A stretch of 52,821 bases of DNA, from assembly GCA_009602735.1 (NCBI GenBank), contig WELA01001240.1, forward strand, positions 25,005-77,825, read 5' to 3'. The position numbers and the translations under genes are program-made. The notes beneath the pieces were generated by a model. That model had not been told where the DNA came from, made no database searches, and saw only the letters and a list, made by a program, of their open reading frames with translations. Within the stretch, counting starts at the first letter, position 1. Every line of letters starts with the position of its first letter. The DNA comes from Mesotaenium endlicherianum (lineage: Eukaryota). This document shows, piece after piece, positions 22,532 to 36,500 of this stretch.

Positions 22532-25500
22532 CAAGGTATGGACATTATGAGTTTATATGGTGTCTTTTGGACTGATCAATGCTCTTGCTACCTTTATGGG
22601 TGCTATGAATGACATTTTTGAGGCCTTATTTGGATAAGTTTGTGCAAATCCTTTTGGATGAAATTCTAATCTTCTTTGAAAATGAGCCTGAGCATATTGA
22701 GCACCTCCGGATGGTGATGGACACTCTCAGAAAGAATCAGTTATATGCTAAAATGAGCAAATATGATTTCTTTAAGGAGAGTATTGAATTTTTGGGTCAT
22801 GTTGTTATTAAAGAAGGCATCAGCGTCGACCCCAAGAAAGTCCAAACCATAAGGGATTGGCCAGTTTCTCAGTCTGCCTCAGAAGTTAGATCCTTCCTCG
22901 GATTGGCTAAGTGGTACAATAAATTTATTGAGAACTATTCTACTAAGGCCAATAAACTGACTGACGTTACTATAAAAAAAAGGGCTATGTGTGGGGGGAA
23001 GAGCAACAAGCTGCCTTCCCGACCCTGAAGGATGCCTTGTGCTCTGCCCCTATTCTTGCTGTGTATGACTTCAACAAACCTGTGCAGGTGGTCACTGATG
23101 CTTATGACTTTGCCATGGGGGCTATTTTATTGCAGCCTGCTAACAAAATCACAAAGGATGGTAAGGTAAAGCAAGATTGGCACCCTGTAATGTATGAGTC
23201 GATGGGATTCAATCCAGCTGACATTAATTATTCTGTGCATGACAAAGAGCTGCTAACTATTATTCGTGTTCTCAAACATTGGAGAGCATACTTACATGGA
23301 AAAGCTTTCAATGTGATTACAGATTATCTAGCTCTGACTCATTTCCAAAAAAAGTCCAAGTTGCCGAGGAGGAAGAATCGCTGGAGCCAGATGCTGGAGC
23401 AGTTCCAGGTCCAAATTGACTACAAACCAGGGAAATTGAATCCTGCTGATGCTCTGTCTAGAAGACTTGATTTGCAAGAAAGAAACTTTGATCAGAATGT
23501 TGTGGATAGGGTCTTTTGTGCACTCACTTCACTACGGGTGAAAAAGTCCTTCCTTGAACAACTTAGGAAAGCTTACCTTTGTGACCCAACATTTGAGCCC
23601 AGCCCAACTGATGGTGTGTGTCCTGCTACTACACTTGGGTATAGGCTCAAGGGTGATGTCTGCGTAGATGAAACCGCTACAAGCAGGCTGAAACTGGTCA
23701 TTTCTAATAACTTAGAAATAAGGTCTTTACTACTGAGTCAGGCTTATGACAGTTTACTGGGTGGACACTTGGGGTAGCCTAAAACTGTTGTCAAGCTGGC
23801 AAAACGTTACCACTGAGAAGGGTTGCCTTCAGAGGTCTTGAAATATGTTAAGTCTTGTGATTAGTGTCAAAAGAACAAGTCTAGACACACACCACCGGGG
23901 GGGTTATTGCAACCATTACCTATCCCAGCTGGAAGATGGGAAACCTTCTCAATGGACTGGGTAGTCATGCTACCGAGAACTGCCAGTGGGCACGACTCTA
24001 TTATGGATAACCTAACAAAAATGGTCATTTTCATCCCCACCACTGTCAAAGTGACTACTTTCGAAACTGCGAGAGCGTTCTACAATCATGTAGTATACCA
24101 ACATGGGCTACCCTCTAATATCATCTCAGACAGAGACTCAAAATTCACCTCCAAGTTTTGGAGAGCCCTAATGGGACTAATGGGAGTCAAACAGCTACTC
24201 AGCACAACAAACCACCCTTCGACTGATGGGCAGACTGAAATAACTAATAGAGTTTTACAAGAGGTATTGCGAGTCTATATGACTTGTTACCCCAGATTCA
24301 GTTCGCTGCTAACAGTTCTGTTCATGCGTCAACGAGAAAGACCCCGTTTGAACTCAATTTGGGTAGAGCCCCTAAATCTCCCTCAGATGTCCGAGGGAAG
24401 TCGTTAACTGACCCTCAGGGGATTAACAACCCCGTCTTCCTTCAATAGACTCAGGAGTTCGCTGACACTCTGTCAAAAGTTCAGCAGATCCTGTACAAAG
24501 CACAAGACACCCAACAAAAATATGCTAATCAACACCGTCGAGAACTGACATTTTCTAAGGGTGACTTGGTCAAACTGCATTCTCAACACCTGTACCTTCC
24601 TGGGGTGGTCAAGAAAAAGCTTGGTCTTGTCTGGGTCGGTCCATATTCGGTGGTACGCCAAGTCGGCCAGAATGCTTACAAATTGAACATGTCAGCGGAA
24701 TACAAGGGTCACTCAGTATTTAATGTCTCCTTCCTAGAACCATACATTAAGGGTGACACACTGTTCACAGGTCAGTTACCTGTCCAACCGGGATCGGTCC
24801 CTGTTGTCCGGGATGATGACCCTAAGGAGTATGAGATGGATGAAATCTTGGAAGCTCGTCCCGTCTGTCGATCATCTAAATATGTCGTGAAGTACCTGGT
24901 TAGATAGAAGAGATATGATGCATTTGGGGACATATGGGAATATAAGGACCATTTAGTCAATGCAAAAGGGGCGTTGAAACGTTTCTATCTCCGGGAAGTT
25001 TGTAAATTACCCTAACTGTCATTTCACTTGACAAGTGACAGGCTGTCCTCTCTCATTCGTAAGTTGGAGGGGAAAGTGACAGAAAGTGACAGTTAAAGTG
25101 ACGGTTGTGCCAGGCAGCCCACCTTACAATCAAGTTGGATGGCGTGTGACACCTTTTTGATAGTCAAAAATTTGCGCTCACAAATATACTCTCACATCCA
25201 ACTGTACTCATTCTCACTCATCATAGTGTTACATTCTTAGAATACCTCTCTGTCAAGCTTATCACTCTCATTTGCTCCTCTCGCAAGGTAAATTAGGCTA
25301 GGTTGTAACTATGTTCTTATTCATTATTCTCCTTCAATTGGCCTGTACTCTTTTAGTACACTAATTGAGTTATTGCATGGGTGAGCAGGATGACCAAGCC
25401 AAAGGACAAACTGATGAGAAAAGGGAAGGCTGACGAGGCTCGGCAAAGGTACCAAGAGTTCCAGGATGATATTGAAGCCACTTCACTCTCAAGACGGGAG

Positions 25501-27280
25501 GCAGAACGGCGACGACTCAAGAAGGAGATTGAGAGAAAAAGGGAAGAGAAAGAAAGTGCCAGGAAAGAGGAACAGGACAGGAAGGCTGAGGAGGAAAGAC
25601 CCAGAATGGCTATGGAGGACAGGAAGGCTGAGGAGAAAATAATACGTGAAGGAGAGGAGGAAAGGAAGAAGCAATTGGAGAGCTATTGCTACACAGTCTT
25701 GGGCAAGAGATCTGTCCTGCTGCAAGAGGCATCAAAGTTTGCCCAAGAAAGCAGAAGGCAGCCCTGCAAAGAGAGGGAGAGGGAGCTGTGGATAAGTATG
25801 TTGAGATCCACACTGGACTTTTGTACGACGACTATGCCAAGATGGTGGAGTACACTGTCAAGGAAGCCAAGGCCTTAACCATACAGCCCGAGGACCCACC
25901 AGTACCTGTACCAGGGATAGTAAGATTTCACAGGGTTATAAGGATGATCCGGATGCTATCGGATAGCTTCAGAGATGTAACATCCTACCACAGCTCCAAG
26001 CCTATGTATAATGAGGTGGAAAGGAGGAGCTGGGAATTCTTGGCCAGGGAGACCAGCCAAAAAATCTTCTCTGCCCACTGGTATCCCTGTACTCTGAAGA
26101 GGGCAGACTCGGCTTTCTTCAAGCAGCCTACGGATTGGCGCTGGATGACCATGATCTTGGAGGACTAGGAGAAGGACAGGGCTGTGGAGAACAACTTTGA
26201 CCCCGCACTGGATGGCACCATCAGCCTGCCTCCTCATATTGCACCTTGGGACCCTAGACTGAATGGGTTCAGGGGGTGCATGAGTGACGAGATGAAGGCA
26301 GAGAGGACCTGGGCCCGGCACTCTTTCTTTAAGGATAAGCATGTTTATGTCAAATGGGCAGGCAAGCAAGGGGAGAAGGACTTGAGCACAGTCAGAGTCC
26401 AGCAGTGCCCACCCTAGGCTAGAAGAGGGAGGTCAGTTGATTACTCCTAACCTAGGGCCCAGCTGTACAGAGTGGCAGAGGCAATCCCCAACAGTCTTTG
26501 AGGAATAGGAGGATAGAGGAGCAGGACACGGGAGTACGCTCCAGCCCAATTTGAACTCAGACTTCTGCACCATCTCCCAGGTTGTAGGAAACTGGATTTT
26601 TGGTGGCAGAGAGGGCCTTGAAGCAGGTGGAGGAGAGCAGCCAGCAACAAACTGGAGAGGCGGACGTCACTTGGCTGGGAAGCTTCAGCAGGAGGACTCC
26701 ACCTCCATCCCCTGAGGCGGATACTTAGGCTCATAGAGCCTGCAGGAGGGCTGCTAGAGAGGCAACTGAGGGTATGCCAACATCACCCTCTCAGCGGGGG
26801 CATGTCCCCTTGTCCCATGTTATGCAGCACCCATCTGGCAACCCCATCCTGGTCCTTGTTAGTTGAAGAGTTGCTCAGGAACGAGCAGCTGCTATTAATT
26901 TGAAAAGTGTGCAAGAGGAGGCTGCTCAGTTGTTGCGTTCCCCTTCAGGTACATCTTAGGCTGAGCGTGAGGGGTTCAAAAGGCCAGCGGATAGAAGGAC
27001 CAGGGCAAGGTCTAAGTCTACATACTTCACCAGAGGATAGAGCCCCAGGGACATAACTTACATGAGTAAGTCAGTAGGTTCGCTTTTTGCATGCTTTGGT
27101 CAGATGCATGGCTGTATGTGTCGCTGTGCTGTCAATTGGATGAGTGTTTAAGTGTTGTCGAGACGACAACAAGTTAAGTTGGAAAGATTGTAATGCATAA
27201 GTATTGTTAATAGTGTAATATTCATTTAAATGTAATAGTTAATTAAGTTCAGTCTGCTGAAATTGAGTTAATATTGGTTG
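22532..27280 (+). mobile_element. Decayed family A chromovirus, copy 2 (RT-RNase H-integrase-chromodomain, long extra ORF, PPT, truncated 3' LTR from 27189)
   Basis: Fragmented pol 22532-~25015 is colinear with copy 1. PPT aagttggaaagat at 27176-27188 is followed by TGtaatg, and LTR similarity lasts ~90 bp. Confidence 0.9.
25390..26900 (+). pseudogene. Family A extra ORF (long variant), frameshifted, unknown function (3' end approximate)
   Basis: ORF pieces 25381-25878, 25686-26168 and 26184-26417. Coiled-coil-like N-terminus, YCYTVLGK, and a Trp-rich central domain shared with the minus-strand copy at 4021-11613. Confidence 0.8.
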
Positions 27281-27289
27281 CTTGTCCAT

Positions 27290-28690
27290 CAAAAATCAGA
27301 ATTGTTGCCTCAAATTAAGTTTGCTATAAACAACGCTCTTCATGCGTTGACTGGCAAAATCACCATTTGAACTCAATCTAGGTACAGTTCCAAAGTCACC
27401 CTCAGATGTACTAGGGAAGTCATTGTCTCACCTTGAGGGGATTGACAATCTGGCGTCCATTCCGTTAATCCAAGAGTTTGAGGTCACCCCCTCACAATCC
27501 CAACAAAATATGTATAAAGCATAGGAAACCCAACAGTAGTATATGTCAACCAACATCGTTGGTAGCTAACGTTCTCTGAACGGGATCTGGTCAAATCGCA
27601 TTCTCAACACCTGTATGGTAATGAATTAGTATTATTGATAATGTAATATCCATTTAATTATAATAGTTAGTTAAGTTCAGTCTGCTGAACTGCTGAACTC
27701 TTAGGATTCTTCAGTGTAATGACTCAGTCAAAAGCAGCAGGTTGAAGTCTACTATTGGTCATCTTGCTGACACATTCTTTGACAGTCAGCTAACTGCCGT
27801 ACTCGGTGAACTGTCTAGTTATGCATCTAAGAGTGATATGCTAGATGAGTGGCTAGATGACACCCTTGGGGTGGATGGCAATTCAGGATGATGGGAGATG
27901 GCTGTGGATTTGGTTAGCCGAGATCCTACCGACGTGGTTAATTCTCGGGTACGCGGTGCCATTGCACTTGCCGTTGAACAGTAAACTCATTCCATGTACA
28001 TATGCTAGATCTGTTATCGAGTTAAAATTTTGGAAACAAGGCTAACTCTCTGTACGGTTTACCGAGAGAACATCTAAATTTAGGGCTGCAAGGTGTTACT
28101 ATGAATTGCTTACTAACCTTGTTTTTTGATGAGTTTACTGACTGCATAATCAATGCTCGTTAATTGCATTTGACTTGTGAGAACGGCTTATGCTAATGCG
28201 TTGTATTTTGCCGATGAATAAGTTAACCACAAATCACCACAAAATCACTTGTGACCTTAAAGGTCTTTTATATATTGTTATTCGCTTATAAGTATAAGTT
28301 GATTCATTTCAATACCCTGTCCAACCGGGACCGGTCCCAACCGTCCGTGACGGTGATGATGACAAATATGAGATGGACCAAATTTGAGAGGCACGCTTGG
28401 TTTGCCAATCATCTAAATATGTTATGAAACACTTGGTCAGAGGGAAGGGATTATGATGCGTCTGGAAACACTTGGGAATTCAAACAAAGTTTTGTCAACA
28501 CAAAGGGCTCTTTGAAACGTTTTCATCGATGGGTGGCTTCTGTCCACCCTTAATTATCATTTCAGTTGACATAGGAAGGTGACAGGAGGCCTGTCTCCAT
28601 TGAAGTTGGAGGGCAAAGTATCGATAATTTGACAGAAAGTGACAATTAATGACAGGTAGCCTACCTCCATTTAAGTTGGAGGGAGTATGA
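27290..28690 (+). mobile_element. Family A copy 3 remnant: integrase C-terminus and chromodomain fragments interrupted by an LTR
   Basis: 27290-27615 and 28312-28555 align with 24280-24595 and 24777-25015 of copy 2. Many stops. Confidence 0.8.
27616..28311 (+). repeat. Diverged family A LTR without TSD
   Basis: Homologous to 2273-2985 throughout and ends gattcatttCA. The flanking integrase sequence lacks roughly 180-190 bp relative to copy 2. Confidence 0.85.
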
Positions 28691-31030
28691 CAGGCTCTCG
28701 AGAGTGGTGACATTCATACCATATAAGCACCTTATCTGGTACCTGCCGAGAGTTCTCGTGCTGCCCCGTTGGAGTTGCGCGTGACTAGCTTGTCCCTCAA
28801 GATACGGCCGGGCTTGCATGGCTGTCATCTTGGAGTTTGTCGTCATTGCTGTTCTGCCATTGGACCAAGCTCTCACATAGTTGTCCACATCACCTTTGTT
28901 TTTCCTGCCTCTGAGATGTGTCGTGGCTATCTCTTGCCTCGTTGTTGAAATCCCCATTTTGACATGGCCTGCTCTCCCCACCCCTCCTATCCCGGGGCGT
29001 TGGGATTACCTGCAATGTACACATCACACATCACGCATGACAAATTCGAAGGCCGTGGTTCACAGTGGAACCTGGGTTGACCTTGTCAGGTCATCCTGGC
29101 CTAGTCTTCTATGTGCCGTACCTTGACTTGCCACAACTTGCCGCACATGTCAGACTATCAATGACTGTCAGCCGCGACAAGCACCACTAGTATAGCTGCG
29201 AACAACTCTTTAGTATTACCGCTAAGTGTTGCTCTTTGAACTTTGAAGGCAACCTCAAAAGACGTGCTTTCTTGTCCATATGCGAACACTTCCATCACTT
29301 AAGCGTTCAACGCCTTCCTAGAAGGCCCATCTATAGACGTTTTGCTCAAAGTGAAGAGTTGGTATAGTAGGAGCTTACAATAGTGCTTCACTCTTGAGTA
29401 GAAAGCAAAGACTTGCTACCTCAAGGAAGTAAGACTTTTTAGACCTCCGCAATTGTTGACAAGAGAAAGGTTCCCCAGAAAATCATCATTTTTGGAATTG
29501 TTGTAGCTGAATACTTGCATGGTGCCGTGTGATTCCCACTTCTACCTTCGAGAGAAACGTGGAAAAGTATGGGCGCATGTTCGCGGGCCTAAAAATATGA
29601 AGAAGACTCTATGGAGGCATGCTCATATTTTTCTACCCAAATTGTGCACCTATAAGGAACACCATTCAGGCTGGCTGGCTGCTGTAGTTGTTCAGCAGGA
29701 TTTTAGACGTAGCTCGGGGAAGAGAGCATAGACGAGAAATTGTTATCTTTTACAGCACTAGGAAGAATGACTTGCTTAGTATTCAACTCGGGCCTAGGCG
29801 GGTGCATTTGTGACTTTGTCCTCATGCGGAGAATTGAGATGCACTACATCTATACAGGGTAAAGAGAGCATGAGTAATTGACGTGATAGGCTGTGACAGT
29901 TGAGATCACTCCAATAATGCACGCAAGTTTAATTGGTTAATGAAAATAAGGCACCAAACACACCACACGTTTCTCTTGTTTCAAGGTTTTAATAAGGCTT
30001 TTGAAAACAATGCCGGAAAAAATTCAACCACTATAAACTGGGGAACCTCCCTAGACATACCACTAGTACGAACATGCTTCTGTTATGTGTCATGAGAAAT
30101 GTCTAGAGCCTAGCTGCTGACCATAGTAAACTCCAAAACACTAGGTTCAAAGACCTGTCTACCAGCAAAAATCAAAATCAAATCACAAACCATACGGACA
30201 GGCTGCTGCCGTAACAGTTGCAACTGGCAGACTGTAAAAACCAAACGTAGGCAGCTTCAAGTTACCACCCCAGCTTAAAACCTATCGCTTCACCTAAAAT
30301 GTGTACCGCCTCGACTGCAAAGTTGCCACCATATCTGTCACTCTAACGCAATCCTTTAATTCACCAACATCGTACTTCTAGTAGCGCTTCTATGTCACCA
30401 TACGCCCTGCAAGTTTACGGCAACCAACCCAACCCCACCTACCCTAGAGAGCCTCTCCCTTCCTATCCTGGTAACACGTTTGTCTCCACTGGACCCGATA
30501 AAAGCCCACTGATCTTACTAACAGCTGCAGCTACGTTCAAAGGCCTGCCACGGTGGCAGCTATACAACAAGACCAAACTGGCTGGCTACCTTGCATTTAC
30601 CTCCCCTCCACTGCGACGCGTGGCGCTTCTCTGGGCCGACGAGTTGCACCAGAGGTGATCCAGTTAGACAAAGTCAGGCCTACTAGTTGGCTACAGCCCG
30701 AGCAGTAATGCATCGGCACCACTAGGGGTGCGCCCGGGGCAAGTCACTATGCTAATATATATATATATAGATATATATATATAAAATAAACAAATAAATG
30801 GCCAACGCTGCAGTCGGGAGTCTGCACTTGGCCAACGCTCCGCTCGAATGTATGAACTGGCCGACACTGCACACAGCATCTCCTCTCTACTTCGCCCTAC
30901 ATCTATGACTCAGCTGCCCCGGGAGCCCAGGGGTAGCTGTGCGTGGAAGAGGCGCAACTCGCGTCGCGCCGGGGGCTGTCCCCCAGCACTCGGAGAACCC
31001 CAAATTGATGAGGATGCGAGACAGGGAAGA

Positions 31031-31032
<2 letters not shown>

Positions 31033-31115
<83 letters not shown>

Positions 31116-31866
31116 NNNNNNNNNNNNNNNNNNNNNNNNNNNNNNNNNNNNNNNNNNNNNNNNNNNNNNNNNNNNNNNNNNNNNNNNNNNNNNNNNNNNN
31201 NNNNNNNNNNNNNNNNNNNNNNNNNNNNNNNNNNNNNNNNNNNNNNNNNNNNNNNNNNNNNNNNNNNNNNNNNNNNNNNNNNNNNNNNNNNNNNNNNNNN
31301 NNNNNNNNNNNNNNNNNNNNNNNNNNNNNNNNNNNNNNNNNNNNNNNNNNNNNNNNNNNNNNNNNNNNNNNNNNNNNNNNNNNNNNNNNNNNNNNNNNNN
31401 NNNNNNNNNNNNNNNNNNNNNNNNNNNNNNNNNNNNNNNNNNNNNNNNNNNNNNNNNNNNNNNNNNNNNNNNNNNNNNNNNNNNNNNNNNNNNNNNNNNN
31501 NNNNNNNNNNNNNNNNNNNNNNNNNNNNNNNNNNNNNNNNNNNNNNNNNNNNNNNNNNNNNNNNNNNNNNNNNNNNNNNNNNNNNNNNNNNNNNNNNNNN
31601 NNNNNNNNNNNNNNNNNNNNNNNNNNNNNNNNNNNNNNNNNNNNNNNNNNNNNNNNNNNNNNNNNNNNNNNNNNNNNNNNNNNNNNNNNNNNNNNNNNNN
31701 NNNNNNNNNNNNNNNNNNNNNNNNNNNNNNNNNNNNNNNNNNNNNNNNNNNNNNNNNNNNNNNNNNNNNNNNNNNNNNNNNNNNNNNNNNNNNNNNNNNN
31801 NNNNNNNNNNNNNNNNNNNNNNNNNNNNNNNNNNNNNNNNNNNNNNNNNNNNNNNNNNNNNNNNNN
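31033..31866. repeat. (GA)n microsatellite running into an assembly gap (N 31116-31866)
   Basis: Seen directly. Confidence 0.95.
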
Positions 31867-31922
31867 GGGGGGGCGGGGATGGGGAAGCGCGCCATCTGGC
31901 CATCTGTTGGGTGGCCAGCTGG

Positions 31923-33565
31923 CTAGCAGGCCTGGGCCTTGTACTCCAGCTTGATGGCGCCCTTCATGCGGCCGAGCCAGGTCTTCCTGCGCTCCTTGCT
32001 GCGCTCCTGCGCGTGCGCCTCCGCCAGCTTGATGGCGTCCTTGATGACGAGCGCGTGGATGGCCGACGCCGTCACGTCGTTCACGCGCCCGCACGACGCC
32101 CAAGACTCCCGCAGCTCCGAGATCAGGCCCTCCTCCGACGCCTTCAGGCCGCCCGCGCCGCCGCCCGGGCTCGCAAGGGCGGCGAAGGAGGCCGCAGCGA
32201 CTGGAGCGCCGACGGGCCCCTGGGTGGCGGAGCCGGGGGAGCCGCCGCCCGTTGTGAAGAGGGACTTGAAGCCGGGGTCCAGCTCAGCGAAGGGGCTCTC
32301 CTGCAGCGACAGCTTGGCGTCGCTGGACGACTTCTTGAGCACCCGGGACCACTCCCGGCTCGTCGTCTCCTGCTCCGCCAGCCGCGCGTCAACCTTGGCG
32401 CTCAGGATGGCCGCCAGCTGGTCGGCCTCGGCGGGCGAGAGGACTTCCGAAGCAGCATCGTCGTCGTCGGCGGCGGCTTCGGCAGCAGCGGCGCCCACCA
32501 GCTCCTCAGGGACAGCTGGCAGCGGCGTGGGTAGCTCGCTGGAGGAGTCTTCTATGGCCGACATCTGGCTGATGAAGACGTTCAGGGCGGCCATCTGCTT
32601 CTGGCTCTGCAGCTGCCCCTCCTCAGACTGCAGGCTCTGTTCACACAACGGGCAAGAGAGTGGATTCAAGGGAAGAGAATGTCAGCTCCGCCTCACCCCT
32701 CAATTCTCTGAAGAGATGCTCTCGATGCGCCATGAGGAACAGCACTAACAGAAGGGGGCCAATTAAGCTACGGTACAGGTGTCGCCATTGTGGAGATGCA
32801 CGCAAGAGGGTCGTGAGACCGTAATTGGCACTGACAGACAGGAGGAGGAGGCAGATGCGGGGAGAACGCGACTTCCATCGGCTAGGCGGGGAAACGTGGA
32901 TCAGACATTAGAGCATGAGAGTTGCACCATTCCTCACGCCTGCCCGTACTGCATGGTACATCCTGGAGCGACGGCATTCTTACTGATACACACTCAAATA
33001 CTGCTATATACTGTCGAAACACTGGTTGATAGAGGCCTGCTGCAAGGTGAACTCCGTGAGGGCATTACGTCTCAAACCCGATTCGACGAAGAAGCTCCAA
33101 CCTCCACAATACTGCAAGGTGCCAATGTAGCGTCTGCAGGATGTTAAGTCGTCTGCCCCATGCACAGCTTGTGACTGATGGGTACCAAAATGTCACCGCG
33201 ATTGAAAGCAATGGTCACTTGTTATCGTCCCACATTGTAGAGACATCCGAAAAACAAAATGGAAGGAGTGTTGAACTGCTCCTACACTTTTGAACTGCAA
33301 AAATCTTACAGGGCTAGTGAGCCATGTACGTGCAGCAGGAGGGCAGAGTAGAACCAACAGGAACGTTCATATCAACACGTCAAACTGCTACCTGCTCCCT
33401 TTTAGTTAGGACAAAGTGGGAGTCTGAGTGAAGGATTTGATCCAGGTCGTTGGTCGTACCTGGAACTGCGTGATTTGGGCGGCAGCTATTAGCATGGCCT
33501 GCGTGGCCTCATGAAGCTGCTTCTCGAAGTTGTCATCCATGCTGGCGCGAAGCTCCTGGAAAAGC
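31923..33565 (-). CDS. Two exons (33460-33565 and 31923-32636) of an unidentified protein-coding gene; upstream exons unresolved
   Basis: tgcAG|...LFQELRASMDDNFEKQLHEATQAMLIAAAQITQFQ|GTacg splices in phase 0 to aacAG|SLQSEEGQ...KLEYKAQAC*. GC3-rich codon usage. No family recognised. Confidence 0.7.
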
Positions 33566-36500
33566 CTGCAACCAATTAAGAAGAACGAGACCAGGCTTGA
33601 GGACTTGGAGCTTGAAAACTGCTGAAGGCAGCTATTGCATAGCAGTCGATGCTGATGGATGGCGGCCTCTTTGTATGCAACGGGATAATAAGCTTAGGAA
33701 TCACCATTTCTTTTTAAAATACACATTTTGCCACATTGTTGATGGAACGTGTCCAATGAGCCTGGCACGAGCCGCAGATGTACTTTTAAGGGCTATACTA
33801 TCACGCATTTGGGACTGCGATTTGCGAAGAGTAGTTTGAATTGCGTGACGTCTCAATTTTTCAAATGCCTTAACCAACACGCACCATACCTTTCAGCAAT
33901 ACAACGCGCAGTCCTTGAGCACCGTTGAGGACAGCCTCTGCAGAAATGAAGCCCTCGTCGCACACAATAGGAAGACTACAGATGTGAATGCTTGGAGTGT
34001 GCACCGAGTCGCTTCACACTTGCTACTTAGAGTTGGAGATTGCCTCGTTGTCTTGTGGTAGGGAAGCAACTCGAGGAGATAATAAATTGATCCCTCTTCA
34101 GAGCCGCTGTGGGCCAGACTAATTAGAGAATGTCGCAGATAAGACAACTGGCGGGGCTCTATCTTTATAAGCACACGGAAATGCACGAAAAGGCGAGAAA
34201 CGCCAGAATAGCTTAAAAGTGCCAGCTGTTTGGCACTGTTCAGACGTTTTTTTCTCTGCTGCTTTTGCGAGGCGGTTGTACGCTCTGCGACTGCGGCACC
34301 ATCACACAGCAAGAACATTTTCGAAGCTTTGACAGCATCACACGTTGCATATGGCTATAGCATCTACATTTCATCACTTTTAGTTGGTTACCCAGGGGCC
34401 AGAGGTTTACAATAGGTTGGAGACGAGTATTGTGTGCGCTTATAAATAGTGATTAATCCTTCGAGGCATTCCCTGCACTTGATCTGATTGAAATATTTCT
34501 TTAGCAAGGTCTATCCGTAGCCCGTTGTCCCCAAAGCAGATTCCTGAAGGTTTGATGCAACCTTAAGGGCTGTATGATAGGACAAAACCCTTGACGATCG
34601 GCAAAAGCAAGTCGGCTCCTGCATTATCGACATCTTAGGAGATCTGTCGGAGCTTCCCTTCTAATTGGTTCGAATGCTATGGGTAAGACAGGGCCACTCA
34701 TGAATGATTTCTTGTCAGGCCAACCGTGACCACAAGCGGCAACTGATTCAGGAAGGTAATAGAGAGAAGTTGCTTATTTTTTCATTCAACGCCAATTTAC
34801 GCAAATTTATTAGCTTATTTGCCACTTTATTTAGTTTCTGCACGTCGGGTTTCGAGCAGATTGTTTGTGTGGTTATTGCGGGTTTACCGCCTATTCATGT
34901 GGCTTGTTAGGGAATCAAGATTTGCTGCCCAAACTGTGTGGTCTGCTTACCGCGCGTGCTCCTTTGATAGATATTTTCCTGCAACCTGGCTTCCGATAGT
35001 TATCTAGACTCTAGAGTCTGTCCGACTCTGGAGCTTTTAGACTAGTAGGCTAGTACTGAAGGGTGATTACGGGGATTACGGACTAGTACGGAGTCCAGAG
35101 TCCAGACCAGCAGACAAAGACCTGCTTTTGAACATACTTGCGATTTGAATGATTGCAGAATCAAATCCTTCCTCGACAAGGTGATTGATGTGATTTTTCT
35201 GTCTCAGGGTGGATCGAGAACTTCATCTTTTTGCGCATCAGGATTCAGGACGGGCGTTGGACCGTGGACAAATAGATGACAATTTTCTATCACAAGTTTG
35301 GAAGTTCAATGGCAGCGTTCTGTAGCTTATAGGATCGATGTCTCATTGTACCCAAGGCTGGGGCGCGAGACGGCACAACTCACGAGTCACACGGATCACG
35401 AGATGGTTGCTGGAGCCTGGGGCCTGAGCAATGGAGCTCGGGAGCAACTCTCGGGGGGGTGTTCGAGACGGAAAAGGAGTTTCTCACGGATCCGGGGGAA
35501 CGATAGCGTCCTTGTTGATGGCAAACATTTAGTGTCGAAGCATATAGTGTCGTCCGTAGGCATAGCGCCAAATTGCAATTTAATTCAGTTTGTTTTGCTA
35601 GGGCATGATTATCTATAGCAGGAGAAAGTGATACAGTACACATTAGCGACAGTCATGCCCCCATGCTCGGGGCCCGGGGGCTACCTCGGAATGCTTCCAT
35701 CTGCTTCCATCTCCCGATCTCAGCCCGATCTGAATGGCCGTGCGCAATAGACTCGCGTCAACGTGCTTCTGTGGCAGCAACTAACTAGTCAAAGTCAACC
35801 CCAGGTGTTGGTCAAGCCAGGTCAAGCTGGACACATCCTGGTGCACCTTATGACCTTGTGTTTCTTCTGCATGGCAGCTGTTCTCGTGCATCTGCGCTCA
35901 TCCTTATCCTAACCATGGCAGCTGTAGCCTGCTCAACTTATGTTCTTTCAAAGCCGAGAGAAATTTTGAGTCGTGCAGGTTATTGAAGAGTTGATACAGT
36001 GCTGATTTTCTGCTATAGGATGGTCAACGTAATCTACAAATGCTGAAAGCTGAATGCTGCATGCACGGGGCCCACCTCTTTCTTCGGCAACAGCATCTGC
36101 TGCTTCTGGCCTTTTGAAAGATTCAAATATGTTTAAGAGGAGAAAAACTGTGCTCATTTAGATATTAATCTCATTTTGTTTTTTTCAAACGAACAGCCTT
36201 GTAGTGGGCCCTGAACGTACTGCAGAGGCCGGTTGTCAAAGCGACCTAGTCCGCCTATTCGCTGGGGTATTGCAGATGTGCACTCCGTTGGGCCATTGAG
36301 GCTTCGATAACTTTCCTGTACATTGTGAGAAACGTGAAAATTCCGTGATAGTCCTATGCCTTGAAACTCAACACAACAAGGGCTTGCACTTACACAGCCC
36401 CGTCAGACGTCCCGTCCGACGTTTTTCATCCTCAACGCTGCTGTCAGGGGCCGAAAGCTAGGCCGGAGTCGCCCCCTCGAACACTGGGCTTACTCAGCAT

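Noticed and set aside
25390..26900. env gene making family A a retrovirus-like element
   Set aside because: No signal peptide or transmembrane segment is visible. The protein is highly charged.
30848..32534. Long ORFs spanning N gaps (also around 45-45.7 kb and 47.6-48.6 kb)
   Set aside because: Artefacts of translating N runs and (GA)n.
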